A stretch of DNA of 64,000 bases from Paraspadella gotoi (lineage: Eukaryota > Animalia > Chaetognatha). The position numbers and the translations under genes are program-made. Shown one piece after another: positions 49,934 to 64,000 of this stretch. The stretch spans positions 12,854,813 to 12,918,812 of the forward strand of contig CM119264.1 of assembly GCA_051294375.1 (NCBI GenBank), read 5' to 3'. The notes under the pieces are model-generated. The model saw only the letters and a program-made list of their open reading frames with translations, ran no database searches and had not been told where the DNA came from. The stretch's first letter is position 1, and every line of letters starts with the position of its first letter.

Positions 49934-52274
49934 CTCGTTCCTCTCTCCCCCCATCATTGCCGATTGAAGAGAGATTGTCAGTTCTTTGACACGCTGTTCG
50001 ACGGCCTCCTCGAATACATTTCTCAGGGGTAAATAAAACAAGACGGCGACATTTGAGGAGACAATAACAACGACGATAAAGGTGCAGATGGCATTGTGAG
50101 GATGAAAAGAATGAAGATGGCATTAAATCCCAATCACCATCGACAATAACAAAAGCGAAGGGATTTAAGCGATGCCGACGACGACGACGACGACGACGAC
50201 GGTGGTGGTGGTGACACCGTTGCTGTTCCTGGCCTGGAAAGTTCCGAGATCAAATCTGAGTCTCGTACATTTATATACTAATGAGGTCAAAGAAACCATA
50301 GAGACAGTAATGAATCTAAGATAAAAAGAATTATAGAATTTTGAACAAACTTATAAATACAAAAGAAGAACAACGACAACAAAAACTTCAACAATAGAAG
50401 AGAATCGTCTGATCATCGCGACGAGAAGAAACAGGTTATCGATGGACCACTTTTCACTGGGATCCATTGGTCGTATTCTGGTCAGTTTCGGGTCACTGAG
50501 CCGAAAAGTCAGACCGTTTTGTCCCTTTTTCTGGTTGGAACCTGATTTTGTCGTCGTCCTCCTGATTCTTTTCCCTTCGATTTTTCGTCGGAGCCAAAAA
50601 TGAAATGAAAGGTTTTTTTTTTTACTTCGTTTGTAAATTTAATTGACATTTTCTTGGAAATCTTACGCATCGTGAAATTTTCGGTACTATCATTTCTGAA
50701 CAGAAAGCGTAACTGCAAAAATACAGCCCAGCTATCTCGCTTGGCATTTTCCTAATGTTGTAAACGAAAATAGTATTGTATTTTCAAATATTTTATAAAA
50801 CCTAAATATGATTTTTTTCACGCGCTTTGTGTAAAACGCTCCTCGAAATAGAGCTAATGCTAAAGTTAAAACTTTTAACATTTGATTAAGGCAATCGACT
50901 TTTAGATAGTTAAGTACACAATCTTTTATTTTTCGATAAGAAGGTAAAATATACACACATGCGCGTAATTTTAGAAGTGTTTTTCGAATATCGTGAGCCA
51001 ATTATACGGAACCTTTCTTAATCTTTTTTTGAATACTTATTCCATTTTGGAAATTACTCGATTTAATTCTTGAAATGGTATCTTATTAACAATTTTGCTT
51101 TGTTAAAGTTTTTTTCTATTTATTATCCTCATGTTAAATTACCTCCCAGATGCTTTAAGCCTTCAAATTAATTCTAAAATATTTTCCAAATTTCTTTGAG
51201 TTCAGTTTTCCACCTCTTCGCCCTGTTTCGTCTTTCACCCCTCCTCAGTCCCTTCTTTCTCACCCTCTTCACTCTTCGATAAACTTTCTTTTTCAAACTT
51301 TTCACCGCGCCCAATTCGGACGTCGCGTGAATTCAACTTTGACTCCCCCGCCTTCGAAATGACCCTCTTTCCTCGCGCTCGCATTCTTTTCTACGACTTC
51401 CTTCTTCCCTCTCTGTCAACGACACTTTACTTCCTCTTTTTTCCTTTCGGTTTAACCTTATAAATAATTCCTCAATATTATTTTTACTATACGCTTCAAC
51501 CATTACCTTAAGAAATAACTTATAAAAAATATTTCTAAATCTTAAAATTGTTCTCTAAAATTGAAGGCCAAGTTTTGATAATGATAATTTTTTTCGTCGA
51601 CGTTCTCAGACACGACTCGCAAAGAACGGTCATCTTTCAGCGGTTAATTATCAATGTATTTTTTACGAAATGAAATATTTATCCTAAGTAGCGAACTCGC
51701 GGTGGTAAATCAGAGCGGACTAAAGTGGCTATGAATCACAGACAATAATGGTAATCCTTTTTTCCCCACCATCATCTCTCATTACCTCCGTCTTTCCGTC
51801 TTTTTTTTCCTTTCACCACCTTTCATTTTCACCCCCTTTCACTCCCATCTTCCTACTTTGACCTCCTAGCCTCCCTCCATTAACCTCTACCGCCCTATTC
51901 CCCCTACTCACCCCATTTCCTACATCCATCCCCCTCTTCCTTCCCCCAATTTCCCCCCTCTAGTTTTACCGCCCCTTTGCTTTTTATGGATGCTTCGTCC
52001 TTCACCGACTGACACCGATCGATTTCGTAGTGAGAGTAATCTCACCCTCGATCCTCCTCTTCCTCTCCTCTCCTCCTCCACCTCAGTCCCACTTTTCTCC
52101 TTTTCCCGCGGCGCCGCTCTCAGAATCCTCGCTCTTCCTTCCCCAATGTTCAACAACGTGCGGTTGCTTCCTCATCCTTACAGGGATCCAGTACTAACCC
52201 CCCACCCCCCTCATTGAACATCTCTCTTCTTCTTCTCTCTCTTCTCTCTCTCTCTTCTCTCTCTTCTCTCTCTC

Positions 52275-52305
<31 letters not shown>

Positions 52306-52459
52306 CTCTCTTTCTCCGCCGCGCTCTCCTCTCATCATCATTATTATTACTCCTTTCAAAGTTTGTCTCTCCCTTTTTTTCGTGAGTATACGCCCCCCCC
52401 TTGGCTACTGACAGGGCATTAAAATTTCTCTCTCTTCTCCTCTCTCTCTCTCTCTCTCT

Positions 52460-52495
<36 letters not shown>

Positions 52496-53188
52496 TCTCT
52501 CTTCTCTCTCTCTCTCTTTCGCCCCGTCCCGTCTCCGCGCCGAAAAACGCCCCCCAAACCGCTGATCCGCCGCTTGTTAACTTTCCCCGCTAAAGTCCAG
52601 TTCTTAATATATTCCTCTTCAATGTGATACAGTGTGATCGGAGAAATGTTTCCATTTATTTGGATTAAGTTAGGATGAAAATTGAACGATTTTACCCTGT
52701 AGAGACGAATATGTCATACGTCAATCGAATTCTCTTCTTTCTTTTTAAAAAAAAATAATAGAAAAAAGAACAAAAAAGGAACAACGCAAAAAGACAAAAA
52801 ATTCCAATGTCTGCCAATAAAAAAAGAAAAAAAATTCCACCCCTTTTTTATAATTTGATCGCAACGAATATTTTATTTTCTTTTGTTGCGCATTTTTTTT
52901 CCCGCGACTCGATAATTTTTGACGAAAACTCGAAAAGAAGGGAAAATTTTTCTTTCAGTTCTTTTCTTTCAATTTTTTTCCTTTTACCTAATCTTCTTTA
53001 TTCTGCCACCGAAGAATGAAATTATTAAATAAAAAATTGAATTGTTTTTCGACGTCCTTTTTCGCAAATTAAGACTAAGACAAAAAACCACTACTTAATA
53101 CGCACGATTAAAATAAAGGGTTTTTTTTTCAAATGCTGTGTCAATATTTATCCTAATTTATTTTTTTCGAAAAACGCGACAGTAAATT

Positions 53189-53591
53189 ATGGATTCGTCC
53201 GTCAAGAAAAAATTCGTTCATCGACGTTCGACGCTCGACGCCGCCGCCGCCGACGTTGGATTAGATCGACGCCGCTTATCTCTCTCCCCCACCCGCGTTA
53301 CGAAACTCTTTCATTCCGCCGACGCCGGTTTTTTCGGTCGCATCCATATCGATCGTCGCACCTGTGATCGCGTCGTCGCCGACGACGCCGCAATCCAAAC
53401 CGGCGTCATGACGTCATCCGAGACGCGAGGGCGACGATTCTTCAGGCGCCCCGGCGCTTTCTCCCTCTCTCCACGGACTCGCGGTCAGCTTAAAAGGGCG
53501 CCACATCCTTCTGTACGCATCGTTGCGGCGCTAGGCCTCATTGCGGTCTTCTTGGGATGGCAAAACGTGGACGGAGTCGGGATTTTTCCGG
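53189..53591 (+). CDS. Candidate first coding exon with a hydrophobic signal/anchor segment, possibly belonging to the LDLa gene
   Basis: GC-rich ORF ending ..IVAALGLIAVFLGWQNVDGVGIFP with a phase-1 G|GTGAG donor, compatible with phase-1 LDLa exons downstream. The link is inferred. Confidence 0.35.
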
Positions 53592-56089
53592 GTGAGAGAG
53601 TTGGGGATTCCCCAATGGGGAAAACTAGTCCGATACGATAGTAATCACTGAAATCTTATCCATATTGAACATTAATGACAAAGATCATCATTTACTCTTC
53701 ACCTCACCTACTTTGAAGGTTTCGCGAATTAAATTTAAAAAGNNNNNNNNNNNNNNNNNNNNNNNNNTGATACTTCGCGGGGATTGAGTTAATGGAATCA
53801 TAACTCGAACGGAATCACGTGGAATTTATTTTTAAAGCGGGGGGGTGGAGGAATCTGGTAGGGAAGAGGTCGGGGGGAGGTCGGGGGGGAGGGGCTAGGG
53901 GTGGAATCCCGAGAAATTCCTATTGGTTGTCGCGTAGAATCAAGAAATTTATCTACTGAAGAGAATCTTTACGAGTGAAATGAAAAGGCTCGCATAAAAA
54001 CAAAGACATTACTTCTCGCTCATAAAATCGGCGGACGTTCTCATGGATCGGTGGAGTATAAAATTTGGGCTCAGAGTCAAGTAAATATCTATCCCGTTGT
54101 GCACGTTAGGTTTAGTTAAGAGCTTATTGTTTTGGGCAGAAATATGGCCCCCTTGCTCGAAAAAAAAAAGAAAAGAAACAGGACGGCGAGAGAAAAAGGT
54201 AAGTTTGTTCTCTCTCAGCCTGCATTACGTCGCTTAAGCCAAATAAGCTTCGTAAAGCGGAGCAGATCGATTTAGGCAAGATGATGAATGAATTAAAACA
54301 TTGAAGTAAGAATGAATGAATAATTCATGAAACGAATTGTGTATGTATATATATCTTGAGAAACTGATTAGCGAGAGAGGGAGAGAGAGAGAGGAGAGAG
54401 AGAGAGGAGAGGAGTAGAGAGAGAGAGAGAGAGAGAGAAGAGTATTCTAAGGTAGCAAGAAGTAAAGATGCTTATTTTAGCTCCCAGATAAAACGTTTGG
54501 AAGCTATGGTGGCTAAGAAATCCACCAGAGCGCGGTTCAATGCGCAGCGCCAATTGGTGGCACGGAGGCAAAGTCATTCGCCGCCGAAACGCCAAAGGTG
54601 CGGGGTTATCTAGCCAGTGGTCAGTCTGGCAGTAACAAATGGTGTTACAGCCTGAATGCCGAGCTGCAGGGACTCGCTTAATACGTTCGAACGATTACTA
54701 GTCACTAACAAACCATTAGAATAATAATTACTGGTCTGCTGATCATTGGTGAGGCCGGACGTTCCGAACATCATACAGGCAACAAACAACACTTTCAGGA
54801 CCCGACATGCGCTAAACTGGCGAATGCAACTTTGCCGCCCACGAACACATCTTAGGCGACAATGCTCTGCAACTATGGTGAATAAAACAAAATTATAAAA
54901 AATATAAAAAAAGGAAAGACAGAACAAAGAAAGAAAGACGGAATTAATGAATGGTGTTTTTTTTTTTTTTGGATTTCGTCCCGACATTAACGATGATAGC
55001 GAAAACGATCGCGAGAGAAAGAAGAGGGAAATTTGTAATGTTAATGGGCATGACGTTGATCAAGACCAGGAATTTCATTGCAAGTTTTTTTTTCAGTCAT
55101 TTTTTTTTTAAATCTTTTTTTTTCTTACTTTGATGAATCGTATTGTCTGTTTTTAAGACTTATATAAATAATTATAGAAGCAATTTTGGATTGACAAAGT
55201 ATTAACTATTCTTAAATTTGTAATGTTACTATATTCACGAATCACATGCATAACTAAAGAGCAAGGAATCAACGTCGTTTCAGAAAATACGGTTATTAAT
55301 TGCATGCGTTTCCTGTTTTAAAATATATATAATCCTTTGGTTGCGTTTTTTTTTTTGTTTCGACCGAATCTTTTGCCACGTTCCTCTCAAATCGTGACCA
55401 GAATCTCATTTACATATTCGAGTAGGGTCTTTACTCGCACCGGATCACTACTCGAGTGAAGTGTTTATTTTATCGCGGATTCATTTTCATTCTAACCGAT
55501 TTTCATATAAAGGGTAAATGAGTCAATTGAAATTCGATGAAGCTAAAATTTAAAACTCTACATTGTTCCTGATTATTTCCGACCAAGAATTTTTTTTTTT
55601 TTTTTTTATAATGTTCTGACTTCGATCCGGTGTTCTTCCCCCACTTACCCCCAATTCCCACTTCTAACTCCTGTTTCTGTTTCTTCCCCCAAATGACAAT
55701 ATACCTCATCCGTCATCAGAATCGGGTAATGAGTAACTCTCGCTTTTGAGAAATTCTATCGATTCAGTCGAAACCTCAAGACTTAGTATTTTTATAATCT
55801 GAAAATCGATCGGTCGGTCGGTCAGTCGGTCAGTCGTTTTTCACGCTCAAATTTGAAGCACTTTCTTGCACGTTCGGTTTTAATACGCGATAATAATTAC
55901 CTATTAACACTCACACTAGATACTGGCGTCAATACCATAGGTATAAAGGTAAAAAAAAAGTTAAAAATTTTAAGTAGTAATGTAAAATAAATTATTTACT
56001 TTACAATAAATTAATCTTAAAACTCACTAGTATTATAAAGTTATAGAATATAGATGTTACCCAGCTGACGATTGCATTCTTAACTCCAG

Positions 56090-58858
56090 CTGTACGACTT
56101 GCATTCATTGCCGCTCTTACGCAACATGTGATTCCAGCGACGGCCGCCTGGGGCACCTGCAGCCTTTGCAGCTTCACAATTGCGGATCCGACGACGAAGC
56201 CGGGAAACCCTGGCCCGATGTCATTACAAGAACATGGATTATGTGACCACAAAGACAATGATTGCTACGGAAACTGTCCGACGAAAAACAAACAGTGCAA
56301 TCACATCGGAGTGATGAAACGAATATAAATTTTGGGGAAACCACTAATTTTAAACCTAATTTTAGCTAAAAAACCATTATCTGTCTCTTTCCTATTTAGT
56401 CACTATAAACTATACACGCAGATTGTGCTTTATCAATCTTCAGTTTGGCATATTGTAGTAAAATATTTTCCACATTTACCATTGATTTATCCTCTTATTA
56501 ATTACATTTTTCTGCCTAATTTTCAGCCGTGTTTACAACATTGGCTACTATACAGTAACAATCATTTCTGTTATTAAACCTTTAGACCTGGAGTGTAGCC
56601 TCAAACGTACATTCAAATGCGCGACGGTCAAACTCTGCATCCCGAAAGCGCCAATGCGATTCACCTCAATGATTGTCTTGACGCAGCGTTCACGAAAAGA
56701 CTTGCCGGCTAAGCAATTGCGCTTGGATGATCTGGTTTTAGTGATTGGAATATTTGGTGCTATCATTCATCCGGAACGTACTTTAATGCAGAAAAACCGG
56801 TGGTATTTATATCGAATAGTGTTGCAAAGAATGTTGATTTAATTAAATTTTTTTTAGAATACCCTATTTGCCCCGCCGCGTCCAATAAACGTGTTTCTCT
56901 ACGGCCTCTGCATTGCTGCGACGCCGAAACTGCAACCAACTACATAAGCATTGCCTTTATCAGAGCACCGCAAGCGACGAAAAAACAACTGGCAGTACAG
57001 GGACTGAGAGAGAGAGATGATCGAGAGGAGTAGACGGAGAGAGAGAGAGATAGAGAGAGAACCCGAGAGAAAAAAGCACGATGAGAGAGAGACGAGAGAG
57101 AGATGACGAAGAAGATAACCAGGCAGTTTTTTTTCCAAAAAATTGATTTCTTTCTGGGTCCCTTATTTAAATTTCTCCTTTTCCACCTATCCATCACGGC
57201 CTACCCCTCTCCCACCTCTCACCACAGCCCACATCCAACGCGCCCCCCCCCCCCAAGCCACACCTACTGCGAGCCTCCATGAATTTAGAGTGCGACAAAC
57301 GAAAAGTGTCTCCCCGCTTTTATCGCTGGCGCTAGCCGACCCACGAACGATGCACTGCGGCCGACAATGAGCGACGAGCCCATGAATCATGCGCCGTGAG
57401 AGAGATGAGAGAGATGGATAGATGAGACGAGAGAGATGAACGAAGAGAGATGAGCAGAGCAGACGATCGACGAGAAGGAGAGAGAGACGAAGAGAGAGAG
57501 AGAGAGAGAAGAAGCAGAGGAGGAGAGATGAAAATATGTTCACACCACTAATCCTCCCACATACCCGTCGAATCATACTCCCATTATACACTTCTCTACA
57601 CACATGCATTTTCGGTTATTGACACCGAAATTCAGTTTTTTTCTGCATCAGGGTAAAACTGTTGTTGACTGTCATTATGATGCTCGTTTCCGAGTCGGGG
57701 GGCAGCAGCAGAGGAGCAGACGAGAGAGAGAGAAGCAGAGAGAGAGCAGAGAGAGAGAGAGAGCAGAGAGAGAGAGCTAGAGAGAAAGTGAGAGAGGAGA
57801 CCGTCACCGAAAAAAAGGAGAGAGGACAAAAAAAAAACGAAAGAAATTCCGAAATATTAATGATATAAATTTAGTGAGAACTCCTCAACTGCATCCCAGC
57901 TCTCGTCGGGAGAAATCTCGACAAATCGTCGTCGCCGTCGCCCAAACCCCAATTGTTGAGGATGCAACGTGATTTCTTGCATTGGAATTCGAATCCGCAC
58001 GACATTCGCCGCCGAACTCTTGGAGGGGAAGGAATGTCGCTCGGAAGAGAGGGCGAGGTTAGGAGGAACTCGTAATTCGTGAGCCGAAGAGTGAAAGGTG
58101 GGAGCGCAGTTGGCGAAAAGATTACTGACATGTTGGAAGACTTACCAGGTTACCTTCCCTCGCCATTCGGAGGACTAATTAATTTATGCAACCTAAAAAT
58201 AAGACCGACATTTTTTTTAAACTTTTATCCTCATTTAAACTGTATTTACTTCATGTTACTTTGCCGATAATTTTCATTATTCCATTCGAGCCAGCTGCTT
58301 TTGTTTTTTTTCTGAGGGAACATATTAATTAGCGGTTTGTAACCTTGGATTTTTTCCTCTTTTAGTTTCGGAATTCACCGTTATCGGCAAAAACAGCAAA
58401 AAATTATGGGCCTCATCATCGGTTATCTTTCCTCTAACAGTCCGCTCTTTTTGGTGTTCCTTTACGGGTTTCTTCCTTTTTTTTCAACAAACTCAATAAA
58501 ATTTCATGCTTTTTTTCCCAAAATTTTTTTTAAAATCCAGCAAAACAAAGACTAAAATACGGAAAACTTTTTTTTCGACTTGTCTCCTGCTAAAAGCTAG
58601 TTTAGTTAATTCTGATTTAAAGGCATTTAAGAAAATTGAATGGATTTCCGATATTTTTTTCATTTCCGCGTTTCAAATTTCATGGGTGAACCGAATTACT
58701 GCGCAGTTACTAAACATCTTACTCTTAAACTAACTCAATTATGCGTGCTCACTTCAATTTAGCGGAGGGAAAGGAGGGCGGAACACATGGGAAAAAACCA
58801 TTATCCAAAACCTGGAATTCATTTTTCGATTATTACTTAAAAAGGTATTAACTCAACT

Positions 58859-58906
<48 letters not shown>

Positions 58907-60181
58907 TCTCCTCTCCCTCTCCTCTCCTCCCCTCCCCTCCTCTCTTCTCCTTCTCTCTCCTCTACGCTTCCGCCTCATACTGTCGATCCCCAGCCGCCCA
59001 GCGCGCATCCCAGCCCGTCCACTCCGCCACGCCCGGATGACCTGAAGCTTAAACTTTACATAATAATCGATAAAACCGATGAATTCAGTGGCGATAATGC
59101 GTTTTTCCTGTTCCCTCTTCCCTCCGCTTATTGACAATGAGCCACCATATCTTGATTAGCTTCAAGAGTCGATCGTTTACGTAACTGCCGAGTAATTCGC
59201 GCACCATCGAAATTTGTGAAAGACGAAATGAAAAAAAATAATCGCGCTGAAAAAATCACTCAATTTTCTTAAATCTTTAAAATCAAAATTAAAAACTAAA
59301 CTACTTTTACAGAAGACATTCGAAAAAAGTTTTTCTATTTTAGTTCTTCTGTTTCTGTGATTTCTAAAAAAAAATTTGGTGTGTTTTGGAAAAGAGAAAA
59401 AAAAAGCCCGCATGAAATTCTATGCTTGAGTTGTTCTAAAAAAAGGTACTAACAGAGAAACGGTAAAGACCAACAAAAAAGCGATGTTAAGCGGATAAGG
59501 ATAAACGATGATTTCGGCAGGCCCATAATTTTTGCGTCGTTTTGCCCGCGATCAAGTCGTCGAATTCCAAACTAATCAAAGAGGAAAAAAAATCCAAGCG
59601 TTACAAACTTATAAATCTAATATTTCCTCAGAAAAAAAAAACCAAACAGCAAAACTGCTCGACATGAATAACTTTGAAAATTCATCGGCAACTCAGTAAA
59701 ACATGAAGTATTAATACAGTTAATGAGATAAAGTTCTAAAAATGTTGCGCTCTATTTTTAATGTGGCATAAAATTAATTAGTCCCACGAATGGCGAAGGC
59801 GAGGTAACCTAGGTAAGTCTCCAAACATGTCAAGTAATCATTTTTCGCCAACTGCGCTCCACCTTTCCACCTCGCTCCGACGACGAATACGAGTCCTCCT
59901 AACTCCCCTTCTCTTCGACGACACCTTCCCCTCCAAGAGTTCCACCCGTCGCGAATGTTGCGCGCATTCTCGAATTCCCAATGCATAGAATCAACGTCTG
60001 CATCCTCAACAATTCTCGGGGCGTTTTGCGACGGGACGACGATCTCCTGTCTCGAGAATTTCTCGACGACAGCTTGATCGTGAGGAGTTCGCCCACTAAT
60101 TATATCATAATATTCACGGAAAAATTTCTTTTCTTTTCCCCTCTCTCCTTCTATTCTTCGGGTACGACACGTGCGTTACGG

Positions 60182-60212
<31 letters not shown>

Positions 60213-62222
60213 CTCCTCTCTTCTCTCTCCTCTCTCTCTCTCTCGAATTCTTCCTGCTTCTCCCTCTTATACAGCTACTCTCTCTCATCTCTCTCCTCCC
60301 CCCGACTCGGCCGCGCACGGAACAAACGACATAATGACATTCAAACAACAGTTGTTACCCCGGCCTGAAATGCAGCCACGGCTTTCCTTACTATTTGCCC
60401 ACTGTCTTCACAGCTCTCACCGCTCTATCAGGTACTCTACGCCACCTAGGTTCCAACGATATCCAAGAAAAACGCAATTTCGGTTGCAATAACCGAAATA
60501 TGCCATCTCGCTTCACTGACTCATATCTGCGACGGATGACAATGACTGTTACTCGAAAGCAATTTGTGTGACTCGTACCCGGGTTGGGTGAGTCGCTGGT
60601 GGCGGTTCTGGATAGCCATACGTGACTTTCCTGTCATGACGTTATATCAGACGTAAAACATTTGACGTCAGGCCTTGTCTATTATAACGTGAAAAAAAAA
60701 ATATGTTTTAAATCTAAAACTTGACTACAATTTTCTCACTAACTATTTTAGTATACTGCACCACAGCACGTACGCCGGTAGTTTTTACTATCATGGGCCA
60801 GTTTGGCCAGTCATTCCAAAAGAACCAAAACCTTTTCGTGCCGGTTATTTAATCTATTATAGCTATAACCTCGTTGTTTAATAGGCTTAGCTGCATTGCT
60901 CCTTCTTAATTGTATATATCTTATTTTACTAATAGCTTTAGATGACGCGTAAAGTTGTTAATTTCGTTTTTATGGTCATCCACTAAAATCTTGACGTCTG
61001 AGTTCAAATTTATTGTAAAATCTGGTAGACCGATAATAACCGGCTCTTGTATCTTTGTATGAATAGACGTTATGGGGATAAGATCACCTCTTCGTTAGAA
61101 GGAGTTTCTGAAAATCGCATTTCTCCATACACTATTCTCTTCCCATTTGCTTATCGGTCACACTCGGCTCTGGCCCGGCGCTCCTCCTACTCATTCAGTT
61201 TTTATTGCGCTAAAGCCAAGGCACTTGTATCCGATTCTCGAAAAGGTAAGTCGGAGTTCACCTCGCTCAGATAGCTTTGAACAACTTTTTCTGCAAAAGC
61301 TAAACTACTCTATCACATGTATTAACTCTAGAGGACGTTATCCCGTCTTCTCAGGCTCTTGTATTTTTTGCCTTGTATATCTTTCCTTGTGATAAATTTT
61401 TTCGTTTTGTTTTTCTCATTCTATTCAAAAGAACCCCCTGCGACCGGACTACTACCATCCAAAACGAAAATTTTTAAGCGCTAGCGGCGCAGCGGAGAGT
61501 GAGTGACTCAGATTACAAACTACATTAGCTACGACCACTCGCCCGGGAATGCGGACGCTCCTCTCCTGTACCATACAGAGAGATTTTTAATCTTTGCGGC
61601 AGCAAACTTCTCTCTGTCTTGTAGTCTGAGATTATGAAGACTCGAAGTGAAAGTCAATAAACATGTCATGATTTTATTTTTTAAATAATAAATCGTTGTG
61701 CTAAATTTTTGCGGAATAAAAATATGAAAAAAAGAACATGGTTGGTAAAGTCTATGATAGTGTGTGTGCTCAACAATAATACTCTGTTCGCGATTCTCTT
61801 ATGCAAACCGTTATATGTCAATAGGTCTCGTCCAAAACCCTATATTGAGCGTCTTGATCACGTGGTCAGTGCTGTGAGTGCGTTTCATGAGGAAGTATAC
61901 TATATATTCCGCGTAGCTGACCAGCTATGGACATACTCCGCGTGAGCAGCAGCACCGGCGCGGTGATAGCGACAGAGGCAAGACGTTAATCAGAAACGAT
62001 ATGACTACAATGTCGATGAGACACCAACAGAGAACTATAGCTTGTAATCTATGTTAATCTCTCACTCTCTCTTTNNNNNNNNNNNNNNNNNNNNNNNNNA
62101 CCACACCTACTGCGAGCTCCATGAATTTAGATGCGACAACGAAAAGTGTCTCCCCGTTTTATCGTGGCGCTGCGACCACGACGATGACTGCGGCGACATG
62201 AGCGACGAGCCAGAATCATGCG
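56090..62222 (+). CDS. LDL-receptor class A repeat protein (LRP/megalin/vitellogenin receptor-like), several exons, mostly error-ridden
   Basis: Clean exon 62100-62222: [40 protein letters not shown], with a noisy copy at ~57258-57395. Degenerate C..F.C..C..CD...DC..SDE patterns at ~56090-56310, 56585-56710, 56858-57000, 59945-60085 and 60460-60580. Confidence 0.75.
57640..60372. repeat. Imperfect inverted duplication (~57640-58735 vs ~59178-60372)
   Basis: The arms are noisy reverse complements; the same LDLa exon lies on minus at ~57880-58020 and on plus at ~59945-60085. Confidence 0.8.
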
Positions 62223-64000
62223 GTGAGAAAAGAGAGAGTGAGAGATTAACATAGATTACAAGCTATAGTTCTCTGTTGGTGTCTCATCGACATTGTAGTC
62301 ATATCGTTTCTGATTAACGTCTTGCCTCTGTCGCTATCACCGCGCCGGTGCTGCTGCTCACGCGGAGTATGTCCATAGCTGGTCAGCTACGCGGAATATA
62401 TAGTATACTTCCTCATGAAACGCACTCACAGCACTGACCACGTGATCAAGACGCTCAATATAGGGTTTTGGACGAGACCTATTGACATATAACGGTTTGC
62501 ATAAGAGAATCGCGAACAGAGTATTATTGTTGAGCACACACACTATCATAGACTTTACCAACCATGTTCTTTTTTTCATATTTTTATTCCGCAAAAATTT
62601 AGCACAACGATTTATTATTTAAAAAATAAAATCATGACATGTTTATTGACTTTCACTTCGAGTCTTCATAATCTCAGACTACAAGACAGAGAGAAGTTTG
62701 CTGCCGCAAAGATTAAAAATCTCTCTGTATGGTACAGGAGAGGAGCGTCCGCATTCCCGGGCGAGTGGTCGTAGCTAATGTAGTTTGTAATCTGAGTCAC
62801 TCACTCTCCGCTGCGCCGCTAGCGCTTAAAAATTTTCGTTTTGGATGGTAGTAGTCCGGTCGCAGGGGGTTCTTTTGAATAGAATGAGAAAAACAAAACG
62901 AAAAAATTTATCACAAGGAAAGATATACAAGGCAAAAAATACAAGAGCCTGAGAAGACGGGATAACGTCCTCTAGAGTTAATACATGTGATAGAGTAGTT
63001 TAGCTTTTGCAGAAAAAGTTGTTCAAAGCTATCTGAGCGAGGTGAACTCCGACTTACCTTTTCGAGAATCGGATACAAGTGCCTTGGCTTTAGCGCAATA
63101 AAAACTGAATGAGTAGGAGGAGCGCCGGGCCAGAGCCGAGTGTGACCGATAAGCAAATGGGAAGAGAATAGTGTATGGAGAAATGCGATTTTCAGAAACT
63201 CCTTCTAACGAAGAGGTGATCTTATCCCCATAACGTCTATTCATACAAAGATACAAGAGCCGGTTATTATCGGTCTACCAGATTTTACAATAAATTTGAA
63301 CTCAGACGTCAAGATTTTAGTGGATGACCATAAAAACGAAATTAACAACTTTACGCGTCATCTAAAGCTATTAGTAAAATAAGATATATACAATTAAGAA
63401 GGAGCAATGCAGCTAAGCCTATTAAACAACGAGGTTATAGCTATAATAGATTAAATAACCGGCACGAAAAGGTTTTGGTTCTTTTGGAATGACTGGCCAA
63501 ACTGGCCCATGATAGTAAAAACTACCGGCGTACGTGCTGTGGTGCAGTATACTAAAATAGTTAGTGAGAAAATTGTAGTCAAGTTTTAGATTTAAAACAT
63601 ATTTTTTTTTTCACGTTATAATAGACAAGGCCTGACGTCAAATGTTTTACGTCTGATATAACGTCATGACAGGAAAGTCACGTATGGCTATCCAGAACCG
63701 CCACCAGCGACTCACCCAACCCGGGTACGAGTCACACAAATTGCTTTCGAGTAACAGTCATTGTCATCCGTCGCAGATATGAGTCAGTGAAGCGAGATGG
63801 CATATTTCGGTTATTGCAACCGAAATTGCGTTTTTCTTGGATATCGTTGGAACCTAGGTGGCGTAGAGTACCTGATAGAGCGGTGAGAGCTGTGAAGACA
63901 GTGGGCAAATAGTAAGGAAAGCCGTGGCTGCATTTCAGGCCGGGGTAACAACTGTTGTTTGAATGTCATTATGTCGTTTGTTCCGTGCGCGGCCGAGTCG
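60303..64000. repeat. Near-perfect inverted duplication of at least 1772 bp (60303-62074 vs 62229-64000) around an N-gap
   Basis: The same ORFs appear on opposite strands (61709-61945 + and 62358-62594 -; 61047-61274 + and 63029-63256 -). Confidence 0.95.

Noticed and set aside
61430-61680. Solo-LTR-like stretch with AATAAA inside the inverted duplication
   Set aside because: No clear termini, target-site duplication or independent second copy.

Overview
Eukaryotic (invertebrate animal-like) genomic DNA from an error-prone, gapped assembly, with AT-rich introns, abundant (GA/TC)n microsatellites, eight N-gaps and fold-back duplications. Recognisable content: (1) the 5' part of a muscle-type myosin II heavy chain gene (minus strand, 266-4535) with a duplicated exon block and about 12 tandem copies of a 42-nt exon fragment; (2) a spliced gene (about 8100-13970, plus) for a secreted Gly/Met/Pro- and Gln-rich protein, whose exon phases imply three alternative signal-peptide exons and two mutually exclusive 178-nt hevein-like chitin-binding exons (the most interesting item here); (3) tRNA-Val(AAC); (4) a 4-exon gamma-glutamylaminecyclotransferase-like gene; (5) three copies of one CsRn1-like Ty3/Gypsy LTR retrotransposon family with a CHCC Gag finger and a GGGAAAC -1 frameshift signal with a predicted pseudoknot; (6) exons of an LDL-receptor class A repeat protein inside inverted duplications that are probably artefacts. 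Most ORFs in the supplied track are microsatellite or antisense noise. All splice models were inferred by eye from GT-AG signals and phase, without transcript data.
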